In this document: piece after piece, positions 28,667-38,737 of the stretch
Position numbering within the stretch: the first letter of the stretch is position 1
How the letters are laid out: the number at the start of each line of letters is the position of its first letter
From: Phycisphaerae bacterium
GTDB taxonomy: Bacteria; Planctomycetota; Phycisphaerae; WQYP01
Direction: 5' to 3'
DNA: 64,000 nt
Assembly: GCA_049977145.1 (NCBI GenBank)
Contig: JBMFGW010000001.1
Span: 32,550 to 96,549, forward strand
Notes under the pieces: generated by a model
Seen by the model: the letters and a program-made list of their open reading frames with translations, nothing else
Told to the model about the DNA's origin: nothing
Database searches by the model: none
Position numbers and translations under genes: made by a program

Positions 28667-28969
28667 CTATTTCGGCGTGGACGCCGGCGGAGATTCCTGT
28701 AGTTTCCGCGCCATATTCTGTACCGTTTCGGTCAACTGTTGCACTTGTTGTTTGAGGTCCGCGATATCCGCACCGGTGGCCGACGAAGACGACAATGACG
28801 GCGGGTTGGACCGTGCCGGCTCTGTTGCCAGTTGGCCCATGGCGTTCCATATACGACGACGTCCACCACCCATACACGAATTGGTATTCCCGGTTTGACG
28901 ACATCGGCCCATTCCGCGTCCGTTATGCGGTCCGAGTCCGTTGGGCCCTGTTGCATCCATTTGTGGCAT
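28667..28969 (-). CDS. DUF5320-family protein (Gly/Arg-rich N-terminus plus C-terminal coiled coil)
   Basis: MPQMDATGPNGLGPHNGRGMGRCRQTGN... followed by the coiled-coil ADIADLKQQVQQLTETVQNMARKLQE. This architecture commonly accompanies the ferredoxin-MinD ATPases. The stop is 12 bp before the next gene. Confidence 0.55.
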   Translation of the reverse strand: MPQMDATGPNGLGPHNGRGMGRCRQTGNTNSCMGGGRRRIWNAMGQLATEPARSNPPSLSSSSATGADIADLKQQVQQLTETVQNMARKLQESPPASTPK

Positions 28970-29008
28970 AAACTGTTACTCCTTATTTTTTGCAGTCGAT
29001 GAGCGACC

Positions 29009-29365
29009 TTATTTTGCTACTGTTTCTTCTTGGCATACCCGATGCTCATATAACAATCGGGCGGCGGTGCTTACGCACTGCACACACGACATAGCACGAT
29101 GAGTTCGGATATCCCGGCACTTCGTGAAACCACCCGAAGCCGCCGCAAAAGCTGCCTCTATTTGGGCGGCACGTTCCGGCCCGGCGATTAACTTGGCCGC
29201 ATAAAGTGCGCCACAAGTGCCATCCGGAGCACGGCCATGGCCGCAGGCGTGCAGATGTTCATACTCTTCACAGTTGGCGGACATTTTCTCACACCAGGAA
29301 TGCGCCACCGATTGCGCACAATTACCCTGCCTGGCGCGAAAGAATGATACAGCTCGTTCAACCAT
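29009..29365 (-). CDS. C_GCAxxG_C_C family putative redox-active protein
   Basis: 118 aa with RARQGNCAQSVAHSWCEKM (GCAxxG motif) and a C-terminal Cys pair (CVQCVSTAA). Confidence 0.6.
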   Translation of the reverse strand: MVERAVSFFRARQGNCAQSVAHSWCEKMSANCEEYEHLHACGHGRAPDGTCGALYAAKLIAGPERAAQIEAAFAAASGGFTKCRDIRTHRAMSCVQCVSTAARLLYEHRVCQEETVAK

Positions 29366-29412
29366 AATTAGCTATCCTTTTATTTTATTGGCATTGTATT
29401 TGCAAGCGGAAC

Positions 29413-29757
29413 TCATCGTAGAGGATTCAGCCGCCCCTGCTTAAACTGCTCAACCGCCTGTTGCACCGTGCTGCCGCCGGCAACCTGAAGCACGTGAATC
29501 CCCGCCGCTTGCAGCGCAGCAAGCGCCTTCGGGCCAACATTACCAGTAATAACCGTTGTGGCTCCGGAATCAACAACCGTCTTGACGGTTTGAATACCGG
29601 CACCTTGCGCTGCGGATTGATTGCCTGCGTTATCACTGGTACTGACCGCTCCGTTGTCTAAGTCAACAATCACAAAACAACTCGCCCGTCCAAAACGAAG
29701 ATCAACGCCGGATTGCAATCCCGGTCCGCTGGCGCTAATGGCAATTTTCACAACCAA
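29413..29757 (-). CDS. Dinitrogenase FeMo-cofactor biosynthesis family protein (NifX/NafY/NifB-C-terminal-like, PF02579)
   Basis: 114 aa: VKIAISASG...ASCFVIVDLDNG...VKTVVDSGATTVITGNVGPKALAALQAAGIHVLQVAGGSTVQQAVEQFKQGRL. TTG/GTG start, so the exact start codon is uncertain. Confidence 0.7.
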   Translation of the reverse strand: MVVKIAISASGPGLQSGVDLRFGRASCFVIVDLDNGAVSTSDNAGNQSAAQGAGIQTVKTVVDSGATTVITGNVGPKALAALQAAGIHVLQVAGGSTVQQAVEQFKQGRLNPLR

Positions 29758-29805
29758 TTCCTTCCATGTTCATATCGCCATACATTACCCGCCATTAACT
29801 ACCGG

Positions 29806-29840
29806 GTAACCATTCACAGCCTTTCGGCCAGTCAAACTCG
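29806..29840. repeat. Left-end relic of the same MITE family (gtaaccattcacagcctttcggccagtcaaactcg)
   Basis: Matches the left TIR and the first roughly 35 bp of the element at 14199. Located in the divergent intergenic region between the NifX-like gene and addB. Confidence 0.35.
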
Positions 29841-30223
29841 CCACGAGTTTGGCTTATAAATAAATTGTATTCCGCCCCTAACGGAAATCAAATTTCTTCC
29901 AATAACAACTTAAACAAAAGTTTTGAATTTTGCGCTATCCATCTGATAAAGGAATTATGATCAAAGGACTACTCAAAACGGCATGGATATACAGAACAAG
30001 CCTATCAGCAGCGTAACGCTGAGCTGAATTTACAGAACACGACCTTGGAATCGCGTGTCACCGATTTCACACGGCAACTCGTCCAGCATGATGCCGTGAT
30101 TGGTAAACTGGGCGCACAATTGGCCAGCGCAATACGGGTGTAACACACCCGCGACACGTCCTTGCGTTTAATCCATCTTGGGTTATGTTCAACGTATGTT
30201 GGTATCTGGTGCGGGACGGGGTT

Positions 30224-33200
30224 ATGGCGGTACAGTTTGTCATTGGCCGGGCGGGGACGGGAAAAACGCAATTTTGCGTCGATGCACTGGTCGCGGAATC
30301 ACGCGGCGATCCACTGGGACCGCCCCTATTTTGGCTCATGCCGGAACAGGCAACGTTTATGTCCGAGCAGCGGCTGCTGGCGACGCCGGAGATGGCTGGA
30401 AGTTTTCGCATCAGGGTGCTGGGGTTTCGGCGTCTATGCCGCTTTCTGACAGCGGAATTGAACCTGCCGTTGGGACTGGAAATTTCCCCCACAGGCCGGC
30501 AACTGCTGCTGGCCCGCGCCGTGTTGGCATGCCGAGATCAATTGACGGTCTATCGGCCCGTAGCGGAATTGCCCGGGTTTCTGGCCTGCCTGGATCAGAC
30601 ACTGCGGGAATTTATGCAGGGCCGACAAAACGCGGAACAGTTGCGGGCAGCGGCCGCGCAACTTTATGCCCAGACACAACGCCGGGGCACACCTGCAGAG
30701 CCTGGGGAATCCGTACTGGCGGATAAACTCCATGATCTGGCGTTATTACTGGAGAGCTGGGAGCAGGTGAAACCCGTTGGCAGTTGGGACGGCGAAACAC
30801 TCCCGATGATTCTGGAAAATGGCTTGGCAGACCAACAGCATCTGCATGGCGTATCCATTTATGTGGATGCCTTCAGTTCCATGAGCGCAATGGAAATCCG
30901 TCTTTTAACGCTGCTGGCGAATAAAGTGGCCACCATGGTCATCACTCTGCTGGCTGATCCGACCAGTCCAGCGATAGTCCACCCCGGCATGGCACCGGCC
31001 ACGCTGGGCGTATTTCATCGCACGGAACAGTTGTATCAACGGTTGCTGCGGCATCTGCAAGCTTCCGGAGCAACCATTGAAAAAACGCGATTTCTGCACA
31101 CCTTCCACCGCGGCGCGCGATCCCCGGCACTGGGCCATATAGAATCGCAGCTTTTCAGCAGCGCGCCGCCTCCGTCCACCAACGTGGCGGCCACGGGCGC
31201 GGTGGAATTATTGTCCTGTCCATCACCGGAAGAAGAGGTGCTGTGCGCCGGGCGACGAATTCGCGCTATGGCGGCGGCGGGGTTGCGCTACCGCGAGATC
31301 GGCGTGATCGTCAGTGATCTGACCCGCTATGCCCCATTGATCCGTCCCACATTTACGGCTTTGGAGATTCCCTTTTTTCTCGATCAGCGGCAAAGCCTGA
31401 AATTTCATCCGCTGGTGGAATTGCTGCACAGCGTCACCGCACTGGTGCACAACGGGTTTTCCCGGGCGGACCTGCAATCGCTGATCAAGACCTCTCTGAC
31501 CGGTCTGTCGGATGCGGAGGCCTGCAGCCTGGAAAATTATTTTCTCGCCCATGGCATAACCGCGGATACATTACAATCTGATTGGACTTGGGATCAACTG
31601 CCTGCCGATGCACAAGCTGATCAACCCTCCGCCAGCGATCAGGCGCATTTGGCGAGCATAAACGCCGCGCGCCGACAATTGCGCGCGGCACTGGAACCGT
31701 GGATCACACGCGCCGCCGCCCCCGATCGGCCGCAGCCTATTGCCGCATTTTCCGCCTCGCTGGTGCAATTACTGGAGAATATGCGGACCGGCGCAGTCAT
31801 GGAGCAATGGATCAACAAGGCCTTGGCGGATGGTTTACCGGAATTGGCGCAAATCCATGAACAGGCGTGGGCGCAATGCCGGGATATGCTCCAGGAAATG
31901 TCCACACTGCCCAGCAATCACACCATGACACTTTCGGAATTTTCCGAATTACTGCGGACGGTACTGGAGAATTTCACGCTGGGCCTGATCCCGCCCGCGG
32001 TGGATCAGGTCCTGATCAGTTCCGCCCAGCGCTCGCGGCATCCGGAATTAAAGGCAGTGCTGGTTCTTGGCGCGCTGGAAACGCTGATGCCCAAAGCCAC
32101 AACGGAAGATGCCATGCTCAATGACGCCGACCGCCGCCGACTTAAAACAATCTTCGGCGATGCGCTGCATGCCGATACGGCGGATGACTTTATGGAAGCG
32201 TCATTTTTCGACTATGTAGCCTTTACGCGTGCCAGCAACACATTACTAATCAGTTATCCCGCCGCTGATGCGGACGGGCGGAAAACCGCACCGAGTATTT
32301 ACATCAGTCGCATAAGGGGTTTGTTTTCCGATCTTACTGTACGCTCATTGGAATCCACGGATGTGCAGTGGACGGATTTTGCGGCTCTGGATGAATTAAT
32401 CCGCTGGGTGTTGCTGACCGGGGAGACTGCCGCCGCCGGCGCTGCCGAAAACAGTTGTCCGACGCCGGCCCGCACGGCGGCGCAATGGTTGCGGTCCAAT
32501 CGGGATTTAGCAGTCCGGCGGCGCTGGGAACAGGCCATTGCGGCACAAAGCCGCGTTGATATTGCAGAGTTGCCTGCCGAATTGGGCCGGTTCGGACTGG
32601 GTTCCGCGATTGTAAGTGTCAGCGAATTGGAAACTTTTGCCGCGTGCGCATTGCGGCATTTCTACAGCTATACGCTGCATCTGCGGGAGCGCCCTGAATG
32701 GCAAATGGATGCGCGTAATCTGGGCACTGTGTATCACCAGGCGCTGGACCTGTTCTATCACGCGGTAATCAGCGGCCAACTGCCATGGCCCGATTGCCAG
32801 GAAAACCAATTGCAGCAGACGCTGACAGATGCTATTAAAGAAAGCACACGGAGCCTTGCGGCGGACGCTATCGCTGCGGCCACGGAATTGCAGGCTGTTA
32901 TCCAACCCATGCGGCGGCATCTGGGTATTATTCTTGAAGCACAGCGCCGCGCCGCAGAGATTAATAAACTTCGGCCTGTCGCAACGGAATTAAGGTTTGG
33001 CAGATTTCCGCATACCGAATCAGGAACGCCAATCTTACCGCCCATTTCGCTGGCTGTACGCGGGAGCACGCCGCTGGAACTGCGCGGCAAAATTGATCGC
33101 GTGGATATGGATGGGGCCGGAAACGTCATGCTCATTGATTACAAATCCAGCGCTAAGAATTTCAAACTCGGCTTATTTGTACATGGACTGGATTTGCAGT

Positions 33201-33760
33201 TGGTTGCCTATATGCTGGCCGTGCGCGGGCAGATATTCAAAGGTAGCGGCCCGCTAAAACCGATTGGGGCATTTTACTACCCCTTGCGGCCAAAAATCAT
33301 GGACGCGCCGGAAAACGCGGATGATCAACCACTGCATCCCAAAGACGCCGCCTATTTCAAAAACTGCAAACCGGATGGTCCATTTGATAATGACGCCATA
33401 ACGATATTGGATTCCAAGGTGGATTCCGGCCAATCCAGTCCGTGGTTTAAAATTGCATTGGGGAAGGAGCGTAAACCGCACGGCAGTTGGAATGGCGGAC
33501 TGGACCATGCCTTATTTTTTGCCATGCTGGATTATGGTTGGGAACACATGCGACAGCTCGCGGAATTGATACGAAGTGGAACTATTGCGCCAAATCCGTA
33601 CAAAGTGAGAAATACTACTCCCTGCACCATTTGCGAGTTTAAGAGTATTTGTCCCTTTGATCGGCAGCGCGGCCGCTACCGTATCATTGATACCGGTAAG
33701 CAAAATGCCGCAGCCATGTTGCGGCAATCCCAATACGCCGAAACGGTGGAGGAAGCATGA
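30224..33760 (+). CDS. addB: ATP-dependent helicase/deoxyribonuclease subunit B (AddB-type, PD-(D/E)XK nuclease with Fe-S cluster)
   Basis: Start MAVQFVIGRAGTGKT (Walker A). About 1180 aa. C-terminal nuclease region with a Cys cluster (CTICEFKSICPFD) typical of AddB iron-staple. 4-bp overlap with addA. Confidence 0.8.
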   Translation: MAVQFVIGRAGTGKTQFCVDALVAESRGDPLGPPLFWLMPEQATFMSEQRLLATPEMAGSFRIRVLGFRRLCRFLTAELNLPLGLEISPTGRQLLLARAVLACRDQLTVYRPVAELPGFLACLDQTLREFMQGRQNAEQLRAAAAQLYAQTQRRGTPAEPGESVLADKLHDLALLLESWEQVKPVGSWDGETLPMILENGLADQQHLHGVSIYVDAFSSMSAMEIRLLTLLANKVATMVITLLADPTSPAIVHPGMAPATLGVFHRTEQLYQRLLRHLQASGATIEKTRFLHTFHRGARSPALGHIESQLFSSAPPPSTNVAATGAVELLSCPSPEEEVLCAGRRIRAMAAAGLRYREIGVIVSDLTRYAPLIRPTFTALEIPFFLDQRQSLKFHPLVELLHSVTALVHNGFSRADLQSLIKTSLTGLSDAEACSLENYFLAHGITADTLQSDWTWDQLPADAQADQPSASDQAHLASINAARRQLRAALEPWITRAAAPDRPQPIAAFSASLVQLLENMRTGAVMEQWINKALADGLPELAQIHEQAWAQCRDMLQEMSTLPSNHTMTLSEFSELLRTVLENFTLGLIPPAVDQVLISSAQRSRHPELKAVLVLGALETLMPKATTEDAMLNDADRRRLKTIFGDALHADTADDFMEASFFDYVAFTRASNTLLISYPAADADGRKTAPSIYISRIRGLFSDLTVRSLESTDVQWTDFAALDELIRWVLLTGETAAAGAAENSCPTPARTAAQWLRSNRDLAVRRRWEQAIAAQSRVDIAELPAELGRFGLGSAIVSVSELETFAACALRHFYSYTLHLRERPEWQMDARNLGTVYHQALDLFYHAVISGQLPWPDCQENQLQQTLTDAIKESTRSLAADAIAAATELQAVIQPMRRHLGIILEAQRRAAEINKLRPVATELRFGRFPHTESGTPILPPISLAVRGSTPLELRGKIDRVDMDGAGNVMLIDYKSSAKNFKLGLFVHGLDLQLVAYMLAVRGQIFKGSGPLKPIGAFYYPLRPKIMDAPENADDQPLHPKDAAYFKNCKPDGPFDNDAITILDSKVDSGQSSPWFKIALGKERKPHGSWNGGLDHALFFAMLDYGWEHMRQLAELIRSGTIAPNPYKVRNTTPCTICEFKSICPFDRQRGRYRIIDTGKQNAAAMLRQSQYAETVEEA

Positions 33761-36700
33761 CCACACCCATGCGCCAATCTGTGGAACGCAACGCACCGTC
33801 CGAAACCGACGCGCAGAAAGCCGCCATTGCGCATCGGCGCGGAGAAATGGTGGTTTTGGCGGGTGCCGGTTCGGGAAAAACTGCGACGTTGGCCAGTCGT
33901 TGCGCGGCGTTAGTTACCGATCTGACTGATCCATCGGATGTGCGGGAGCTGCTGGTGCTGACGTTTACGCGTGAAGCCGCCGATGAAATGCGCAGTCGTA
34001 TTGCCCGGGCCATTCGTCAGGCCGCCAATATGCCGCAACGCCGCGACGCAGCGCGTCTGCGGGAGCAGGCGGCGCTGGCGGATACCGCGCAGATCAGCAC
34101 CTTCCACGCCTTCTGTCACTGGGTAGCCAAAACATGGTTTATGTTTTGCCATGTTGATCCGGGATTCGGTGTGCTTAATGAACATGAGGCCGCCATGCTC
34201 CAATCGGATGCCCTGCAGGAAACCGCCCGGCAATGGATGGTCGCTGAACATCCCCACCACTCCGACTTTGTGGGCCTATTTGATCTTTATGCCGGCGCTG
34301 CGTTACCAAAACTTGAATGGCTCATTGAGCCGGTATTGCGCACCGCGGAGACGGTGGTTGATCCTGACGCCTGGTATAAAGCCGCCGCCGCAACGGGCGA
34401 TCCGGAAATCGAGAAGATTATAACGGCGTTGGTGCAACAGAAATGCCAGCGCTTGAAAGAGTTGGCCCTGATGCTTTCCGCGAATGCGGATGAAGCGCGG
34501 CTGTTTGTTGCGGATAAAAAGAAAGTTATGTACACCGACCTTATGCAGGTGGCCAAGGCGGCGCACGGGGCGGCGGAGATATTAAGGACACATGGTCCCG
34601 CCGGGTGGCGTGCCGCACGAGACATCATCGCAACGGAAACATTTGCCGCCAGACTGACTTTGCAGAAAGCGGAAGATGTGGAACAAGCCGAGCACTTCAA
34701 GAAGGGAACGTACCAGCCGCTGAAGGACGCTTTCAAAGACATGCGGGACGAACTGGCTCGCGTTGACATCGCGCAGTTTATAGAGCTGGAAACGATCAGC
34801 CGCCGCCGTATTGCCACCATTGTCGCCTTTGCCGCAGCGGTGCAGGCCAGCTATCGGCAAGCCAAACAAGCTCGGGGTCAGCTTGATTATTCCGATCTGG
34901 AACGCACCATCATTGCAGCACTTACAACACCGGACAATCCACTGCGGGGGATGTTGCGGCAGCGGTTTCGGCACATCCTGGTGGATGAATATCAGGATAT
35001 TAACCCGGTGCAGCAGCGGCTCATTGAATTGTTGTATCGTGGTGACGGCTTAACGGATGAATTGAAACCCGGATCGTTTTTTGGTGTCGGTGACGTACTG
35101 CAAAGCATTTATGGATTCCGGGGCAGTGAGCCGCGTATTTTGCATAATAAGGTTACAACGCTGCAGCGCGCCGGTCGGGCGGATAAGGTTATCACCATGC
35201 GGGAAAATTTCCGTACGTTGCCGCCGTTGATCGCTGCACTTAACGCGGTTATTGATCCCATGCTGCGTATGGTTGATTACCATTCTTCACGGGAATCCAT
35301 GCGGATGGCGGAATTCGCGGCACTTCGCCCCGGCCGCTTGGCGCCCGGGGATGGCGCCTATCCGGGCGTACCGGTAACGTTGCACGTTTTAACCAATTCG
35401 CACAGCGAATCTTCCACTGCGGCTGCTGCCGACCCTGCGGATACGGCATTGGAAGCGGTGGACGGCGCGGATGATGATCCGATTGCGGAGATGCAGGCCG
35501 ACGAAAAGGAGGCCACAAAAATTGGGCAATTGATTTTGGAGATGCTCCACAGTAGGCGCAGCAGCAGTCCCCATGGGCGCCCTATTGAATTAAACGACAT
35601 GGCCATTCTGTTACGCGCACCCAAACAGCGGGCGCCGCATTATGTGCGAACACTGTTGGCCATGGGTATCAACGCCAACGCCGCGCTTACCACCGGTTTT
35701 TTTGAATCGGGCGAAGTGCTGGAGGTTCTGGATATTCTGCGGGTACTGGATAATCCGGAACAGGATATTGCCCTGGCCGGTGTGCTGCTGGGGCCGGTGG
35801 GCGGCTGCACGATGGCGGATCTGGCACGGATACGGCAAGCTACCGCTTCCCATATTCCTTTTCATCAGGCGGTGCGGAAGTTGGTGGAACATACGCCCGC
35901 CAATGCGGCGATAGGCAAGTTGCTGGAGAAAATAAACACGGTAAACAAAACGCTGGAGCACTGGCGGGCCATGTTGCGGACGGAAACGCTGGCCAATGGC
36001 TTGGCCCGGATCTTACGGGAAGCCGGATTACTCAACCGTGCCGCAGCCATGAGTCAAGGGCGGCAGCGACTGGCAAATCTGCGACTTTTGCAGCAGCGGG
36101 CGCTGGAATTTTCCGGTTTCGATTTACAGAGTCTATCACGATTTCTTGTCTTCTTTGACCGCTTGCGCGAAGAACGTGATCTGGGGGAAGCAGCGCCACC
36201 CACCGGGAACGCGGTGCGGGTGATGTCCATTCATGGCTGCAAAGGCCTGGAATTCCCGGTGGTGTTTGTGGCGGCTTTGGGCACGCGATTTAATGAGCGT
36301 GATTTGCGGCAGCCGCTGTTGGTGGACCGGGAGAAAGGCCTTGGCCTTACCATTTTGGATAATACTGGCGTACTAAAGCGGAATTCGCCAGGGTGGATGG
36401 TGATTGCTCAAGATAAAACAAATCAATTATTGCAGGAGGAAGCGCGGTTGCTGTATGTTGCCATGACGCGGGCCCGGGATCAGTTGGTCCTGGTGGGACG
36501 CGCGGGCCAGTCCGCCGTTGATAAATGGAACCGAGCTGCAGTCCCCAGTCATTCAAGCGATGGCAATCGCCGGGCCGCATTAAAACCAGCCAAGTGTCCG
36601 CTGGACTGGCTAGGGCCGATTTTTACCCAATACCATTCCGCCGCGCACGCCGCACCATTGCTGGTACTTCATATTACTCAGGAAGATCAACTCGCAAATA

Positions 36701-37569
36701 ACCTGACAACTGGGAGGGAAGTACCGCCAAGCGCCCCGGCAGGAGACCATGGCGCGGCGAGTTCGGCGGCGGCCACTTCCACCCGTACCGCTGATATGGC
36801 CGCCATCTGCAACCGCATGACACAGCCCTACTTATACGCACAATTTACCCATCTACCGGCGGTAACCACGGTAAGTCGGCTTAAATCGCCGCCCACCGAT
36901 GATCCGGAATCTCCGGCCTTGGCCATGGATGCGGCCGTCGCATCAACGCCATTAAAACTGGTGGCGGAGAGTTCCGGCGCACGCACCGGTCTGGTGATGC
37001 ACAGTGTTTTACAGCGTCTAGACTTGACGCGAAAAGTAACCATAGATTCGCTGATTGCGGCTTCGGCCGATATGGTCACCGGCGGCTTTTTGACCGCAGA
37101 GGAAAGGCGGCTGGTGGATCACGATGCTTTGCTCTGGTTTTTCGCCACACCCTTGGGGCAGCGGTTACAGGTTGCGGCGGTGAAAGCCACCAAGGAACAT
37201 CAACTGCGGCGCGAATTAAGTTTTCTCTGGTCTATACCGGCGGCGCAAGCAGCACGCGCGATTGACCCGACGCAGCAAAGTGCGGAGTCAGCGGACTCGC
37301 TGTTCGCACCAGGCCGCCTTACGCAGGGGGCCACAACTGATCAAACGCTTATTCGCGGCACCATTGACGCCTTGTTGATTGAGCCTGATGGCGTGGAAGT
37401 TATTGATTATAAAACCGATGCCGCGGAATTTATTGAATTACGCCTGCCCGCGTATCAGCGGCAGGTTGGCTATTACGCCGGCGCCGCCAGTGCCATTCTG
37501 CACCGGCCCGTCCGGCAAACCGCGCTGATATTTTTCGCAGCCCGGCGGATAGAGCAATTCGCGCCTTGA
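33757..37569 (+). CDS. addA: ATP-dependent helicase/nuclease subunit A (AddA, UvrD/Rep SF1 helicase plus C-terminal nuclease)
   Basis: GAGSGKT Walker A. SF1 helicase motifs (LVLTFTREAADEMRSR, VDEYQDINPVQ, FRTLPPL, MSIHGCKGLEFPVVFV, LLYVAMTRARDQLVL). C-terminal RecB-type nuclease (GTIDALLIEPDGVEVIDYKTD). Confidence 0.85.
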   Translation: MTTPMRQSVERNAPSETDAQKAAIAHRRGEMVVLAGAGSGKTATLASRCAALVTDLTDPSDVRELLVLTFTREAADEMRSRIARAIRQAANMPQRRDAARLREQAALADTAQISTFHAFCHWVAKTWFMFCHVDPGFGVLNEHEAAMLQSDALQETARQWMVAEHPHHSDFVGLFDLYAGAALPKLEWLIEPVLRTAETVVDPDAWYKAAAATGDPEIEKIITALVQQKCQRLKELALMLSANADEARLFVADKKKVMYTDLMQVAKAAHGAAEILRTHGPAGWRAARDIIATETFAARLTLQKAEDVEQAEHFKKGTYQPLKDAFKDMRDELARVDIAQFIELETISRRRIATIVAFAAAVQASYRQAKQARGQLDYSDLERTIIAALTTPDNPLRGMLRQRFRHILVDEYQDINPVQQRLIELLYRGDGLTDELKPGSFFGVGDVLQSIYGFRGSEPRILHNKVTTLQRAGRADKVITMRENFRTLPPLIAALNAVIDPMLRMVDYHSSRESMRMAEFAALRPGRLAPGDGAYPGVPVTLHVLTNSHSESSTAAAADPADTALEAVDGADDDPIAEMQADEKEATKIGQLILEMLHSRRSSSPHGRPIELNDMAILLRAPKQRAPHYVRTLLAMGINANAALTTGFFESGEVLEVLDILRVLDNPEQDIALAGVLLGPVGGCTMADLARIRQATASHIPFHQAVRKLVEHTPANAAIGKLLEKINTVNKTLEHWRAMLRTETLANGLARILREAGLLNRAAAMSQGRQRLANLRLLQQRALEFSGFDLQSLSRFLVFFDRLREERDLGEAAPPTGNAVRVMSIHGCKGLEFPVVFVAALGTRFNERDLRQPLLVDREKGLGLTILDNTGVLKRNSPGWMVIAQDKTNQLLQEEARLLYVAMTRARDQLVLVGRAGQSAVDKWNRAAVPSHSSDGNRRAALKPAKCPLDWLGPIFTQYHSAAHAAPLLVLHITQEDQLANNLTTGREVPPSAPAGDHGAASSAAATSTRTADMAAICNRMTQPYLYAQFTHLPAVTTVSRLKSPPTDDPESPALAMDAAVASTPLKLVAESSGARTGLVMHSVLQRLDLTRKVTIDSLIAASADMVTGGFLTAEERRLVDHDALLWFFATPLGQRLQVAAVKATKEHQLRRELSFLWSIPAAQAARAIDPTQQSAESADSLFAPGRLTQGATTDQTLIRGTIDALLIEPDGVEVIDYKTDAAEFIELRLPAYQRQVGYYAGAASAILHRPVRQTALIFFAARRIEQFAP

Positions 37570-37691
37570 CGTTGCGGCTGGTTCCATCGACAAGCATTGC
37601 CAGCCGTTGCGGCGGTGTGGAATCAAGGCGAAATATTCCAGGAATGTTGGTATAATAAAGTTTTGAGCATGGATTGGGAAAGAATTTGCCT

Positions 37692-38561
37692 ATGTCCGCA
37701 CAACCGGCTGAAAGTAAACCCGCGATTAGCACGCCTACGCCCATGCCCTCTGGAAAAATCACAATTTCCATACTGCAAACCATGCGACAACACAATCAAC
37801 CCATCGCCATGCTGACGTGCTATGATTTTCCTACCGCCAGGATATTGGCGCGCTGCGGTGTGCCAATATTGCTGGTGGGGGATTCCGTCGCCACTACGGT
37901 ACTTGGTGAAGATTCCACCATTCATGCCACCATGGATTTTATGGTGCTGTTGACCCGTGCAGTGCGGCGCGGCGCACCGGAGGTGTGTCTGATGGCCGAC
38001 ATGCCCTTTGCCAGCTATGCAACTGCGGATTCCGCCGTAGCTAATGGCCGGCGCTTTATGACTGAAGGGGGTGCGGATTGTGTGAAATTGGAATGTGATC
38101 TCCGACATGAGGGTATGGTGCGGGCCATGGCGACGGCGGGAATCCCAGTCTGTGCGCATTTGGGACTTTTGCCGCAGCGGGCGGCGCAGGAAGGTGGCTA
38201 TCGGTATCAGGGGCGCACGGAAGAACAGGCGGATGAGTTGGTTAGGGAGAGTTCGGCCATGGCCAATGCCGGCGCGGCAATGTTGTTGTTGGAGGCGGTC
38301 CCCGATCGCGTGAGCCGACGAATTGTGGAGGCAACGGGGTGTCTGGTACTGGGATGCGGAGCCGGGCCAAGTTGTCATGGCCATGTAGTGGTATTGCATG
38401 ATATGCTGGGGTATACAGAAAAGCCGCCGCGGTTTGTGGAACGGTATGGCGATATTCCCACGGCGATAGCCACTGCGGCCAAGGCGTATGTGCAGGCGGT
38501 GGAAAAGAGGGAATATCCACAGCTACGGCATGGGTATGGGGTGCGGGATTTGGCAACGTAG
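37692..38561 (+). CDS. panB: 3-methyl-2-oxobutanoate hydroxymethyltransferase (ketopantoate hydroxymethyltransferase)
   Basis: LTCYDFPTARILARCGVPILLVGDSVATTVLGED..., VKLECD, and VCAHLGLLPQ are canonical PanB. ATG at 37692 is preferred over the TTG at 37674. Confidence 0.85.
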   Translation: MSAQPAESKPAISTPTPMPSGKITISILQTMRQHNQPIAMLTCYDFPTARILARCGVPILLVGDSVATTVLGEDSTIHATMDFMVLLTRAVRRGAPEVCLMADMPFASYATADSAVANGRRFMTEGGADCVKLECDLRHEGMVRAMATAGIPVCAHLGLLPQRAAQEGGYRYQGRTEEQADELVRESSAMANAGAAMLLLEAVPDRVSRRIVEATGCLVLGCGAGPSCHGHVVVLHDMLGYTEKPPRFVERYGDIPTAIATAAKAYVQAVEKREYPQLRHGYGVRDLAT

Positions 38562-38737
38562 CGTGGCTTAACCGGGAGAGGTGAAAGGCGTTGGGTGCGG
38601 CGCTATTTTTGGGCAATCCCCCAGCCAGTAACTATCGTACTCCAGTACCGTGCCAAGCCATTTTAGCCGCTGCGCCTTGGCGGGTGCGTCTGCGACGGAA
38701 ATATCGCCTCTTGGTAAAATATAAACACACCCAAGGT

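Noticed and set aside
30178-31138. Several 60-180-aa ORFs in alternative frames overlapping the 5-prime part of addB
   Set aside because: Overlap a strongly supported Walker-A-containing AddB reading frame. Arg/Pro/Gly-rich composition typical of out-of-frame translation of GC-rich DNA.
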